Counted from the stretch's first letter, positions 46,469 through 56,583 are shown. The stretch is DNA of 64,000 bases from Vulcanimicrobiota bacterium (GCA_050250895.1 JBFWNU010000002.1:855659-919658), one strand, 5' to 3'. Made by a program: numbers and translations. Notes: generated by a model from the sequence alone, not told the origin.

Positions 46469-46556
46469 GCCTGGCCGCGGCCGTGGCCGTGCTCTTCGGA
46501 CGCCGCGATTCGGGATGGAGCGGCGCCTCAGGGTGGGGACGAATTTGCCGGCTGCA

Positions 46557-47309
46557 CTAGAGCCCGGGCGGCATCTCGACTTCGATGCGCCACTTGTGCG
46601 GCTGGGTGGTCTGGCCTATCTCGAGGGCTCCGGGGCCGGGCACCTCGACCGTGGCGGTGAAGGCGCCGCTGCCATCGGCTTTCCAGTCGGCCAGTTTGCG
46701 ACCCTGATAGAGCAAAGCCCCTTCGCGCGGTCCGGTATGGACCTGGCAGTGCACGGTCACTTCATAGCCGCTGCCTTTTGGACGCACGGTCCGGTCGACC
46801 ACCTCGACGGTCAAGAACGAGAAGCACTGCGTGAAGAGATAAGTATCGCCTTCGCCGACCACGCCCACCCCGATGCGATTGAAGCTGGAATTGAGCAGGT
46901 TCTTGCGGTGGACGGGGCTGCGAATCCAAGCTTCGACCGCCTTCTGGGCCAACTCGGGCACTTCGTAGCCGCGGCATTTATAGATATTCTCGCCGATGGT
47001 CAGGTCGTAGTAGCTAACCAGCACCAGCCTGTCTTTGAGGTGTTCGCAGGCCTGGTTGGGTGAGGTATGGGCGAAATAGCCCAGTTCGAGCATCTCGGCC
47101 GAGTGCCCGCGGGCGGCTTTGCTCAGTTTCTGATGCTCTTCGAAGGGAGGCAGGCCGTTCTGAACCCGATACTCGTTACACTGCTTGATGATCTCGAGTT
47201 CGACCGCGCGCAGCGGGTCGGTTTGGGCCCGGCCCTGAGTCGGCACCAACAAATAAGCGCACGTGAGTGCGACAATGAGCGGAAACAATCGCAGGGCCGA
47301 TCTCAGCAT
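46557..47309 (-). CDS. CAP (SCP/Tpx-1/Ag5/PR-1) domain secreted protein
   Basis: NEYRVQNGL, AARGHSAEM...YFAH, GENI, WIRSPVHRKNLL. Confidence 0.9.
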   Translation of the reverse strand: MLRSALRLFPLIVALTCAYLLVPTQGRAQTDPLRAVELEIIKQCNEYRVQNGLPPFEEHQKLSKAARGHSAEMLELGYFAHTSPNQACEHLKDRLVLVSYYDLTIGENIYKCRGYEVPELAQKAVEAWIRSPVHRKNLLNSSFNRIGVGVVGEGDTYLFTQCFSFLTVEVVDRTVRPKGSGYEVTVHCQVHTGPREGALLYQGRKLADWKADGSGAFTATVEVPGPGALEIGQTTQPHKWRIEVEMPPGL

Positions 47310-47351
47310 CTTGGTAAGGAGGGTATTCTGACCTGGAGTTGGGTTTTCCCT

Positions 47352-48695
47352 CTAGGGAGCTATGGCGGTCCAGAGGGCTGGGCCGTTTTCTCGCCACAGT
47401 GTGGCGTCGTCACTTTCGGGCAGTTCGAGGGTGATGGTCGGGATGTTGCGCTCGCGACCCATGTAGGTGCCGAACGAACCCGGAGTAGGGTAGCCGATGT
47501 CTTCGCTGATTGGGTAGCCATTGTGGACGGCCATGGCTTTGGCCAGTTCGGCGGCCGGTCCGTCGAAGTTGACCGTCTTGAAGGGCAGATGAATCGAAAC
47601 GATTCGGCTGGGGGGAAGATTAGCATAGAGTTCGAGCACGGCTTGAGTCTCGGGCTCGGAGGCGGCGTTCGGGCCGCCCCAGGTGTCGGGGGTTTCCTTT
47701 TTGCCCGTCCAGTTCTTGGCTGGATAGTTGCGGTTGAGGTCGACCCCGTTGGCGTTGACGCGCTGGCCCAGGTGGAGCCCGTCCGGGTTGACCATCGGCA
47801 CGATGATGACCCGCTGGCTGCGAGTCCAGGGCAGCTGCGACTTGAGTTCCTCGAGAAAACGCTGCAGCAGGCGAGTGCTCTCGGGCTCGTCTCCGTGAAA
47901 ACCGGCCAGCAACCAGACTGTTTCGGGGCCTCGTCCTACCCGCCAGGAGGGAATGGGGCGGCCCTCCACCGAGCGCCCCAGCTCCTCTTCCACCAGTCCG
48001 CCGGGAGCGAGTTGGGCCAAGACTTCTTCGGCCCCACGGGCGTCGGCCATGATGAGCGTTCCGCCCAGCCAGGGCAGGCTGAGGCTGGTCTCGGTCAGAT
48101 GGGCATGGTGGCCACCCAGGGTGAGCCGACGGCCCTGTTCGTCAACCTCGTGGCTAATGGTCACCAGGCTTTGGCCGCGGCCGAACCGGCCGTCGACCAG
48201 GCGAGCGTAGCCCGATTGCTCGAGTTCACGAAAGGGGGATTGGCTGGCCACATGGCCATAATAGGCATCCAGGCGCCCGGCCTGGCGCAGCTGGTCGTAG
48301 GCGGCCAGACTATAGCCGGCCAGCAGTTGCAGCTCGGCCGCCTCGAGCAAGAGTTCGCGGTCGGGCAACTCCAGGGTGCGTCCGAGTTCGTCGGCGGCCG
48401 CTACCAGCTGGCCGTCCCGGCGCAACTGTCGGCACTTTTGCAGGTGGAGTGGTCGAGAATCAGGATACTTCGCCAGTTGAGCTTCCAGCCATTCGGGATC
48501 GGTCTGGCTCTGGGCCAGGGCCGCATCGGGAGTAAGAAACAGGTTGGGGTCGCCCTCTAACCCATAGCGCGGGAAGAGTTGGCCCGGACCAGGACCGTAT
48601 TCGAGCACCTCCTGAGCCAGGGCCGGCGCCAGGAGCAGCAACCACAGGCAGATCAGGCGGCGAAGAAGGCCTGGATTTCGTCTTTGCGGGCCCAT
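47352..48695 (-). CDS. M14 zinc carboxypeptidase (MpaA-like) with N-terminal extension
   Basis: GRSVEGRPI, HGDE, NPDG, GVDLNRNYP, SEPET, SIH, TLELP; signal-like segment; start uncertain. Confidence 0.85.
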   Translation of the reverse strand: MGPQRRNPGLLRRLICLWLLLLAPALAQEVLEYGPGPGQLFPRYGLEGDPNLFLTPDAALAQSQTDPEWLEAQLAKYPDSRPLHLQKCRQLRRDGQLVAAADELGRTLELPDRELLLEAAELQLLAGYSLAAYDQLRQAGRLDAYYGHVASQSPFRELEQSGYARLVDGRFGRGQSLVTISHEVDEQGRRLTLGGHHAHLTETSLSLPWLGGTLIMADARGAEEVLAQLAPGGLVEEELGRSVEGRPIPSWRVGRGPETVWLLAGFHGDEPESTRLLQRFLEELKSQLPWTRSQRVIIVPMVNPDGLHLGQRVNANGVDLNRNYPAKNWTGKKETPDTWGGPNAASEPETQAVLELYANLPPSRIVSIHLPFKTVNFDGPAAELAKAMAVHNGYPISEDIGYPTPGSFGTYMGRERNIPTITLELPESDDATLWRENGPALWTAIAP

Positions 48696-49762
48696 ACGTC
48701 CTCTCTTCCGAAGCCGATGAGGGCCTGACAATAGAGCGGGTCAAAGAGCAGATAGCTGGCCAGTTCGGCGGTAGAGTATTCGCCGCCCAGACCGCCCAGG
48801 AAGTAGCGCAGCAGGCGGGGCACCCGGTCGCGCAGCTGGTGGGCCAGCACGGCGAAACTGCGACTCGGCCGAATCCACAGCACGTCGATCGGCCGGAAGG
48901 GCCCGGAGGGCCGCCCGGCCAGGCTCTGGTTGACGCGGCGGCAGTGCTCCACGTCGACTTCGATGGCATCCATCATCACGGCGTCGAGCAGCGCCCCGGC
49001 CAGCTCACCCGGGGTCGGTCGACCCAGTCGGGGCAGACTGGTGGCGCGGGGTTCGCGCACACCCACGGCCAGGATCCGCTCGGCTCCCAGGTGGATGGCC
49101 GGAGCCAGGGGGTGGTTGTTGCGAAGGCAGCCGTCGCCGAAGTGGTGGCCGGCGATTTCGATGGTGGGGAAGAAGAACGGGATAGCGCTCGAGGCCATCA
49201 GGTGGGGGACTCCGATGAGAGCTTTCTCTACCTTGTAGTGGACCCTCTCCCAGGTGGGAATTTCGGGTTGGCCTTCAACGAAAAGCACGCTGGTGGAGTC
49301 GCGATAGTCGGTGGCGGCCACGGCCAGGGCATGGAGGTGGCCCGAGGCAAGGCTGCGCGAGATGCGCGAGAACGGGATGCGGCTGAGCATCGTCTGGAGG
49401 GGGGTGGTGTCGAGCAAAGCCTTGGGCGCCACCTGGCCCACCAGCCCCCCGAAGGTCAGGTCGCGGACCCAGCGTAGGGCGATACGTCCCATCGAGGCCG
49501 GATCGGTGCGAAAAACCCGCGAAGGCTTGAGTTGCTCCCAGGTGCCCAGCAGTTCCGCCAGGCCCCGCTCGAAGCGGTCAGCATTGGCGGCCAGCATGGT
49601 GGCGGTGAGCGAGCCGGCCGACGTGCCGACCAGGATCGAGAAAGGACACTCGGGTCCCTTCACCACGCCAATCTCGATCAAGCCGCGCAACACGCCGGCT
49701 TGGTAGGCTCCCCGTGCTCCCCCTCCTGACAGCACGAGCGCGGTGTGGCCTTGCTGTTTCAT
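48653..49762 (-). CDS. Patatin-like phospholipase
   Basis: LSGGGARGAYQAG, GTSAG, DG(C) motifs. Confidence 0.93.
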   Translation of the reverse strand: MKQQGHTALVLSGGGARGAYQAGVLRGLIEIGVVKGPECPFSILVGTSAGSLTATMLAANADRFERGLAELLGTWEQLKPSRVFRTDPASMGRIALRWVRDLTFGGLVGQVAPKALLDTTPLQTMLSRIPFSRISRSLASGHLHALAVAATDYRDSTSVLFVEGQPEIPTWERVHYKVEKALIGVPHLMASSAIPFFFPTIEIAGHHFGDGCLRNNHPLAPAIHLGAERILAVGVREPRATSLPRLGRPTPGELAGALLDAVMMDAIEVDVEHCRRVNQSLAGRPSGPFRPIDVLWIRPSRSFAVLAHQLRDRVPRLLRYFLGGLGGEYSTAELASYLLFDPLYCQALIGFGREDVWARKDEIQAFFAA

Positions 49763-49843
49763 CCCGCCGCACCATTCGCTCAAGCTGGCACGGTCCCTTC
49801 GCCCCGGACAGGAGGCTCGAGTGGGGGGGCCAAAAGCAGCTTC

Positions 49844-50419
49844 GTGAAGGAACGCTTGCGTCGCTACCTACTCCGCCTGGGGCTCGGTCTGGGCCTGTGG
49901 TTCGTGGGGCATGTGCTGGTCACGGTGGTGAGCGGACTGCGCGATGACCTGCGCCCGGTCGACCTGATCGTGGTGCTGGGCAATGAGGTGTATCAGGATG
50001 GAACGGTTTCGCCGCGGTTGGCGGCCCGTCTCGAGCGCGCCGCCGAACTCTACCGGGTGGGTCTGAGCCAGAGGGTCCTGGTAAGTGGAGGTATCGACCC
50101 TCGAGGCAACAACGAGGCCGAGGTCATGCGCGATTGGTTGGTTGCGGCCGGAGTGCCGAGCGAGTCGATCTGGCTGGATCCCGACGGCTGGACCACCAGG
50201 CACACCGCCCGCAACACGGCCCGGCTATTGAAAGAACACGGCTGGAGTTCGGTGTTGGTGGTGAGTCACTACTATCACATTAGTCGCTGTCGACTGGCCA
50301 TGCGGCAGGCCGGTATCCAGACCGTGGCGAGTGCCCACGCCACCAGTCTAGAATGGCGAGAACCCTACGGGATCAGCCGCGAATTCATCGGCTACTACGC
50401 TTATCTGTTGGGCCGCTAG
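49844..50419 (+). CDS. YdcF/ElyC/SanA family (DUF218) protein
   Basis: IVVLG, RLERAAELY, VSGG, EAEVM, VSHYYHISR, RE motifs. Confidence 0.9.
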   Translation: MKERLRRYLLRLGLGLGLWFVGHVLVTVVSGLRDDLRPVDLIVVLGNEVYQDGTVSPRLAARLERAAELYRVGLSQRVLVSGGIDPRGNNEAEVMRDWLVAAGVPSESIWLDPDGWTTRHTARNTARLLKEHGWSSVLVVSHYYHISRCRLAMRQAGIQTVASAHATSLEWREPYGISREFIGYYAYLLGR

Positions 50420-51420
50420 CGGCGGGCGTCTTTTTTCAAGCTCTGCGAGAGCAGGCCGGGTAGTTCGCTGGGGTCAACGCTGTGGGCCTCGAGGTCCATG
50501 TCGAGCACCGCCCGGGGCATGGTGTCGGCCTCGGCCGTGTCGGGGTCTTGCACCAGCACTACGCCGCCGGCCCCGGCCAGACGAGCCGCTCCCAGAGCAC
50601 CATCGCAGCCGATGCCCGAGAAGACGATGCCGATACAGCGTTCACCCACCGTGCCGGCGGCGGAACGGAAGAGCACATCCACCGAAGGCCGCATGAAGTT
50701 CTCGGGGGGAGCGTCGCTAAAATCGATGCGGGTCGGCTCGGGCGAGAGCACCAGGTGATGCTCGCCGTGAGCCAGATAGATGCGGCCGGCCCGGGGCCGG
50801 TCACCGGGTTCAGCCAGGTGAACATCGAGGCCGTGTTCTTCGCACAGGCGGTTGGCCAGATCATAGAGCAGCCAGTCGGGTCCGTGCTGAACCACCATAA
50901 AATAGGCGTTCTCGAAGCAGGTTTGGCTGAGATTAGTGAACAGGTTGCCCAAGAGCTCAGGCCCCCCGGTGCCGGCGCCGATGACCACCGCCACCGGTTC
51001 GTCGCTGGGGCCGCTGACCAGGTTTCCGATAGGACCCGTCTTGTCGGGCTTGACCTGGACGCGCCGCGCCAGCAGGGTGCGCACCGCCGAGAGCAACTCT
51101 TCGAGCATGTAGGGCTTGCCGATGAATTCGTCGGCTCCGGCCAAGAACGCGTGGGCCCGGGCTTCGGGGTTGGTGATCACGGTCAGCATGGCGATGGCCG
51201 GCACCGGGTCAAGGCTCTGACGGGCCCACCGAATCAGGGTCAAGCCGTCGATTTCGGGCATCATCCAATCGGTGAGGAGCAGGTCGAAGGCTTCGCGCTT
51301 GAGCCGATCCTGGGCCAGGCGACCGTTCTGGCAAACGGCGACCTCATAACCCTCTTTAGCCAGAGCCTTCTCGAGGACCAGAGCACTGGCGAAATCATCT
51401 TCGGCTACCAGAATTTTCAT
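50416..51420 (-). CDS. Response regulator receiver plus CheB methylesterase-like domain
   Basis: ILVAEDD, LLTDWMMP, KP; CheB-like GAGTGG, VQH, RPSVDVLF, SGIGCDGA. Confidence 0.85.
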   Translation of the reverse strand: MKILVAEDDFASALVLEKALAKEGYEVAVCQNGRLAQDRLKREAFDLLLTDWMMPEIDGLTLIRWARQSLDPVPAIAMLTVITNPEARAHAFLAGADEFIGKPYMLEELLSAVRTLLARRVQVKPDKTGPIGNLVSGPSDEPVAVVIGAGTGGPELLGNLFTNLSQTCFENAYFMVVQHGPDWLLYDLANRLCEEHGLDVHLAEPGDRPRAGRIYLAHGEHHLVLSPEPTRIDFSDAPPENFMRPSVDVLFRSAAGTVGERCIGIVFSGIGCDGALGAARLAGAGGVVLVQDPDTAEADTMPRAVLDMDLEAHSVDPSELPGLLSQSLKKDARR

Positions 51421-53399
51421 TGGCCCTCCGCCTTCTTCAAGGCGACGAGTTGCTCCTGTAGTTGACCCAGGGCCAGGCGGTATTCGCGCTCGACCCTCTC
51501 CACCAACTTGTCCGAGCTAGCCAGTTCGTCGTTACGGGCGGCACTCTCTAGCTTTTGACAGGCTTCCACCAGGCGGACCGCGCCCAGGGTAGCGGCCGTC
51601 GACTTGAGTCCGTGAGCGGCAATCGACAGGGCCGGACCCTTGGATTGAGACGACAACCTGTGGAGCGTCTGGATCTCTTGCTGGCCTTTCTGGTCGAAGA
51701 GTCCCACCAGATTGGCGAAGAGACTGTCGCTGCCGGGCTCAGAGAGTTCGAGCAGGCCGCTGATGACTTCGGGGTCGAGGGCAGACTCGACGGCCGGCGC
51801 GGCCGTCGAGCGGGAGGAAAGACCCTGCGTAAGCAGTCGCTCCAGGTCGGTGCGCCGGACGGGCTTGGAAAGATAGTCGTTCATCCCGGCCTCAAGACAG
51901 GCTCGCTGGTCGCCCTCGAGGGTGTTGGCGGTCAGGGCGACGATCGGCACGTCGCGGGCCGGGGAGGGGAGGGTTCGAATGGCTCGGGTGGCCTCGAAGC
52001 CGTTCATCTCGGGCATCTGGCAGTCCATCAGAATGAGGTCCCAGGTTCCCTCGCGAGCCGCTGCCACGGCCTCGACGCCGTTGCGCGCCCGTCCCACCGT
52101 GTGCCCCATGCGCTCGAGCAGGCGACTCACCACGGCCTGGATGCCGGGGTTGTCCTCAACGATCAAGATGCGCTTACGGTGGCGGCGCAGCGAGGCTTTG
52201 AGCAATTGCTCGGCCTCGGCGGCCAGTCGGGAGGGAAGCACGCCGGGAGAGGCCAATTCGAGTTCGGGGCCGGTGCCGACCAGCACTTCCCAGCTGGCCA
52301 GCCAGCGGCGGGCATTCTCGAGCCGGGCCGGGTGGGTCCCGGTCAAGGTGAGACTGGCCCCGGCCAGGGTCTCGGGTCGAAAGTAGTTGCTGCCCATTTG
52401 GAGCGGGAAGTCGCACCAGAAAAGGCTGCCTCCCTCGGGTCGATTCTCGGCTCCCAGTTCGGCTCCTAGCAGGCGGGCAAAGCCCATGCAGACAGCCAAT
52501 CCCAGCCCCAATCCCCCGTGGCGACGACGGGGAGAAGGATCCCCCTGCTGAAAGAGTTCGAAAACGCGCCGGGTGTCAGGGCCCAGGCCGGGGCCGGTAT
52601 CGAGAACCTCGACCCGCAGCCCCAGCGGTGAGGGAGCGGCCCGGAGGGTGACTTCGCCCTGGGAAGTAAACTTGACCGCGTTGTCCAGCAGGTTGGCCAC
52701 GATCTGTTCGATGCGCCGGCGGTCCCCGAAGGCTTGCTGGGGCAAGTCCGGGTGGAGACGGACCACCAGTTCCAGGCGGCTGGCTTCGGCCTCGGGAGCA
52801 AAAGCGGTGGCCAATCGCTCCAGCACGGTCAGGGGGTCAAAGTGGGCTGCCTCGCGGTGCAACCGGCCCATCTCGAGATGCGAGTAGTCGAGCAGGTTGT
52901 CGAGCAGGCGAAGCAGTCGCTCGTTGCAGCGAAGGATGGTGCGGGCATACAGCTGTTTGTCGACGTCGAGGTCGGATTCAAGCAAGAGCTGGGCCATGCC
53001 GATGGCCCCGGTCATCGGGGTGCGAAATTCGTGGCTGAGGTTGCGCAGAAAGTCGGTCTGACCGTTGCGGCCTGAGTCTTGCAGCCAGAACCCGACAAAG
53101 CCTCGCTCTTCGCGCCGCACATGGTCTGTCACCCAGAGATAGCCTCCCCGTCCCAGCACGCGATAGCTCAAGACCGCCTCCTGACCGGGCGCAAGCTCGT
53201 CGAGCCGCTTTTGGATGAAGGCTCGCTCGTCGGGGTGCTGACGCTCGACCCATTCCGTGTTGGGAGCCAGCAACTGATCAGGGGAAACTCCCAGGAAGCC
53301 GGTTACGCCGGGGCTGACCAGGGTGGGCAGAAGGCACGCCTCGTCGAGGCGGTAGGCGACGATCTGGTCGCTTGCCAGCAAGTGTTCGACGGGCTCCAT
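51417..53399 (-). CDS. Hybrid sensor histidine kinase (PAS-HisKA-HATPase-REC-Hpt)
   Basis: SHEFRTPM, NLLDNAVKFT, DTGPG, GLGLG, LMDCQMP, AHGLKS. Confidence 0.93.
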   Translation of the reverse strand: MEPVEHLLASDQIVAYRLDEACLLPTLVSPGVTGFLGVSPDQLLAPNTEWVERQHPDERAFIQKRLDELAPGQEAVLSYRVLGRGGYLWVTDHVRREERGFVGFWLQDSGRNGQTDFLRNLSHEFRTPMTGAIGMAQLLLESDLDVDKQLYARTILRCNERLLRLLDNLLDYSHLEMGRLHREAAHFDPLTVLERLATAFAPEAEASRLELVVRLHPDLPQQAFGDRRRIEQIVANLLDNAVKFTSQGEVTLRAAPSPLGLRVEVLDTGPGLGPDTRRVFELFQQGDPSPRRRHGGLGLGLAVCMGFARLLGAELGAENRPEGGSLFWCDFPLQMGSNYFRPETLAGASLTLTGTHPARLENARRWLASWEVLVGTGPELELASPGVLPSRLAAEAEQLLKASLRRHRKRILIVEDNPGIQAVVSRLLERMGHTVGRARNGVEAVAAAREGTWDLILMDCQMPEMNGFEATRAIRTLPSPARDVPIVALTANTLEGDQRACLEAGMNDYLSKPVRRTDLERLLTQGLSSRSTAAPAVESALDPEVISGLLELSEPGSDSLFANLVGLFDQKGQQEIQTLHRLSSQSKGPALSIAAHGLKSTAATLGAVRLVEACQKLESAARNDELASSDKLVERVEREYRLALGQLQEQLVALKKAEGQ

Positions 53400-53457
53400 T
53401 CAGGGAGAATTTCACCCCCGGCAAGGGGGGTCCTGTTGGGTCGTAGAATTCGCCCCG

Positions 53458-53898
53458 ATGGATCCCCAGCAGATACTCCAGGTAGCCCAGGGTTGGGTGG
53501 GTCGCGACTTTCGCCCGGGAGAGCTCGAGCAGTGCGCCAATTTCGTTCGCCATGTCTTTCAAGAGGCCGGGGTCGAGCTGCCGGTGGCGGCCCGTCCGGT
53601 CGACTGGGAGTGGACCGGCCACCTTCCGCAGGGGGCCGACTACGCCAATAGTTTCTTCTCGGACGAGGTGGGTTGTCACATCGACTTGGAGCAGTTGCAA
53701 CCCGGCGATCTACTGGCTTTTCGAGACACCTATCCGGGGGATTTTCCGCCCCAGTCGATTACCCATGTGGGTATCTACGCTGGCGGTGGAACGATGATCG
53801 ACCGTTCCACCGCCGGTGAACCGGTGCGTCGTATTCCGCTCGATCCATGGTGGCGCGAGCGCTTCGTCGAGGCACGACGGCCGTATCTCTACGGCTAG
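53458..53898 (+). CDS. NlpC/P60 (C40) family cysteine hydrolase
   Basis: QCANFVRHVF, PGDLLAF, THVGIYAGGG. Confidence 0.85.
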   Translation: MDPQQILQVAQGWVGRDFRPGELEQCANFVRHVFQEAGVELPVAARPVDWEWTGHLPQGADYANSFFSDEVGCHIDLEQLQPGDLLAFRDTYPGDFPPQSITHVGIYAGGGTMIDRSTAGEPVRRIPLDPWWRERFVEARRPYLYG

Positions 53899-53988
53899 CC
53901 GGCCGTTCGGCAGGCGAGTCCCACCACGCGACGAAGTTATCCGGGTGAGGGAATTTTATCGTCGGGAGCTTCTGAGAAAGAACAAGCA

Positions 53989-55230
53989 ATGGATTCCAGC
54001 CAACGTTTCTCGCTAGAACAGCTTCCTAAACCGTGGGACCAGGTGGTCAAATGGACCCTGGTCGGGTTGATTCTAATCGTCTTCTTCAAATTGATCGGCC
54101 ACATCCTCAAGTTTTCGGTGATGCTGGCCGTAGCCGCAGCCATCGGCGCCGCGGCCAACCAGATTGTCCCTCGCAAGATCCCCTATGGCTGGGCGGGGGC
54201 CACCTGTGCCGGGCTGCTCGGGGCCTTTCTCGGTTCGCTCATTCTGGGCGACTGGGGACCCTCTATTCAGGGCATCGCCCTGGTGCCTGGCATTCTCGGG
54301 GCCAGCGCCATCGCCGGCGGCATCCACTACAAGGCTGTCTATGACCGCGGCAAGATGCTCGAGCAACTGCAGGCCAAAGCCGATACCACCGACCCGCTTC
54401 TGCTGAAGCTCGTGGGGGAGTGGCGCCTGGTAGAAATGCTCGGCAAAGGGGCTAATGCCAGGGTGTATAAGGCCCTTCCCAACCGCTCGTTGGACCCGGC
54501 CGAAGCCGTGGCCATCAAAGTCCTCAACCCTGACTCCATCCAGGACGAAGAGTTCATGGTTCGTTACCAGCGCGAGATAGAAATCTCCAAGAACCTCGAT
54601 AACCCCTACATCGTCAAGTTGCTCGGTTCGGGCGAGCAAGAGGGCCTGCACTACATCACGATGGAACTGGTGCCGGGCGACACCTTGCGCTCGAAGATCA
54701 CCGAAGATGGCCTGCCCATCGTCGAAGCAGCCAGCCTGATGACCCAGCTGATGATCGCCGTCGAGCACGCCCACGCCCACAACATCATTCACCGCGACAT
54801 CAAGCCCGACAACATTCTGATGAGTGGCAACAAGATTAAAGTCAGCGACTTTGGACTGGGCCGGGGCGTCGATGACGTCTCGCTTACCAAGACCGGGACG
54901 GCCCTGGGCACGCCGGCCTACATGGCCCCCGAACAGATCGAAGGTGCCGACGTCAGCCCCTCTTGCGACCAGTACGCGGTCGGCGTGGTGGCCTATGAAT
55001 TGTTCACCGGCGAGAAGCCCTTCAACGACCGCGAGCCCATGCGGGTGCTCTATAAGCACCTGCATGAACCGCCGGCTTCGCCCAAAGAGCTGCGGCCCGA
55101 TATGCCCGAATCACTGGCCCAGATCGTCCTGCGGATGCTCGAAAAGACCGAAGAAGAGCGTTTTCCTACCATCAAGGACGCGCTCGAAGAGACCAAGAAG
55201 GCCATGGCCAACTATAAGCCGACGGCTTAA
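53989..55230 (+). CDS. Ser/Thr kinase with N-terminal GlsB/YeaQ/YmgE-like membrane domain
   Basis: AGLLGAFLGSLILGDWGP..ILGA membrane motif; GKGANARVY, HRDIKPDN, DFG, GTPAYMAPE. Confidence 0.9.
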   Translation: MDSSQRFSLEQLPKPWDQVVKWTLVGLILIVFFKLIGHILKFSVMLAVAAAIGAAANQIVPRKIPYGWAGATCAGLLGAFLGSLILGDWGPSIQGIALVPGILGASAIAGGIHYKAVYDRGKMLEQLQAKADTTDPLLLKLVGEWRLVEMLGKGANARVYKALPNRSLDPAEAVAIKVLNPDSIQDEEFMVRYQREIEISKNLDNPYIVKLLGSGEQEGLHYITMELVPGDTLRSKITEDGLPIVEAASLMTQLMIAVEHAHAHNIIHRDIKPDNILMSGNKIKVSDFGLGRGVDDVSLTKTGTALGTPAYMAPEQIEGADVSPSCDQYAVGVVAYELFTGEKPFNDREPMRVLYKHLHEPPASPKELRPDMPESLAQIVLRMLEKTEEERFPTIKDALEETKKAMANYKPTA

Positions 55231-56306
55231 TCGGTCAATTTGGCCTGGACATTGCCCAGTCGGTCGCGGGTCTTGCGGGTGATGGGGTGCTCTTCGCCCA
55301 ACGACTTGGCCGCAATTTCGTTGGCCCGAGCATAGAGCGTCTCGGCCCGTCTGGCCTGAATGTCACCCAGGTGGGTTAAGGCGGGTGAGAGCATCTTGTG
55401 ATAGGGGTCTTCGGCGGTCCACAACTCGACGGCCTTGCGATAGAGTTCCTCGGCCTTGTCCCACTGTGAATCCGTGAAGTAGCCGCCGGCCAGGGTGTTC
55501 AGGCAACGAGCGACATCCAGGGGGCGGCCCTGCTTTTCGAAGATTTCGGCAGCGCGTTCGAGCACCTCGCGGCATTCGTCGAGGCGATGCTGAACGCGGT
55601 AGACCTTGGCCATCGAGCGCAGCGTCTTGGCCTCGGCCAGAGTGTTTTCGCCGCCTTTGCGGGCGGCCTTCAAGGCTGATTTGAGCTGGCGTTCGGCTTT
55701 GCCCACCTGGCCTATCTTGAGCAGCTTGTGGCCCAGGCGACGAAAGGTGTCCCAATCGGCTGCACTGTCACTCTCTCCCGAGGTCTCGCCCGAGGGGGGG
55801 CCTTCCTCTTCGGCCTGGGGCAGGGGTGTGTTACCGGCCAGCACGTCGAGTTGGCGACGGATCTTGTCGGCCAGTTCGAGCAGCCAGGCCAGGTTGTCTT
55901 CGAGAAAGGCCGAACGGCGCACCCGGTCGTCGGCATAGACCAGACCTGCGACCTGGTCTGAACGGTCTTTCCAGGCCACACAGATGACCGAGCGAACGCC
56001 CGACAGATTGACGCTCATGCGACCGGAATACTCCGGGTCTTCGCGAGCATCGAGCAGCATCACCGGCTCGCCGTCGGCCAGCACGTGGCGCAGGGGCTGC
56101 AGGCTGATTTCACCCGAGACCAGCACCCGATCTCCGTCAAGACCGTGGCTGGCCTGGGTTTTCCAGGTTCCGTTGTCGCGTTGGCCGTAGAGGATAAAGG
56201 CACGCTCGGGTCCGAGATCGGTGAGAATGCTCTCCATCGCCTTGGCAAAGAGTTCGTCGATGGTAGAAGTCGATTCCAAGGAAATCATGGGCGGCCAATT
56301 GGGCAC
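55227..56306 (-). CDS. GAF domain plus TPR protein
   Basis: RSVICVA...GLVYAD GAF motif; kinesin-light-chain-type TPRs (VARCLNTLA, AEELYRKA, LGEEHP). Confidence 0.8.
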   Translation of the reverse strand: MPNWPPMISLESTSTIDELFAKAMESILTDLGPERAFILYGQRDNGTWKTQASHGLDGDRVLVSGEISLQPLRHVLADGEPVMLLDAREDPEYSGRMSVNLSGVRSVICVAWKDRSDQVAGLVYADDRVRRSAFLEDNLAWLLELADKIRRQLDVLAGNTPLPQAEEEGPPSGETSGESDSAADWDTFRRLGHKLLKIGQVGKAERQLKSALKAARKGGENTLAEAKTLRSMAKVYRVQHRLDECREVLERAAEIFEKQGRPLDVARCLNTLAGGYFTDSQWDKAEELYRKAVELWTAEDPYHKMLSPALTHLGDIQARRAETLYARANEIAAKSLGEEHPITRKTRDRLGNVQAKLTD

Positions 56307-56321
56307 CCGGGTAGCGAACTC

Positions 56322-56477
56322 CTACCTTCTCTGCTCGGCCTTTGCGGCCCGACGTCCGGGCAGAAAGAAACCGGCCCGGCTCGCGATGAGAGCCAGGCCC
56401 GTAACGACTAGAGAGACGGCGATCAAGGTGGAAGGAGAAGGCCGCGAGGACTTGCGGTCGGTCTTGATGTTCGACAC
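56322..56477 (-). CDS. Putative small membrane protein (51 aa), not in the ORF track
   Basis: GGAGGAGG at the 5' end; reads VSNIKTDRKSSRPSPSTLIAVSLVVTGLALIASRAGFFLPGRRAAKAEQRR*; stop overlaps the next gene's AGGAG. Confidence 0.45.
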   Translation of the reverse strand: MSNIKTDRKSSRPSPSTLIAVSLVVTGLALIASRAGFFLPGRRAAKAEQRR

Positions 56478-56583
56478 CTCCTCCCTGAGTGAATCTGACT
56501 CTTCTAGAATACAACATCTGGCCCGTCAATTCTAGACTTTTTCCCGTTTCTGAGGGGGTTTTGCAGGCAGGTTTTCGAATTAT

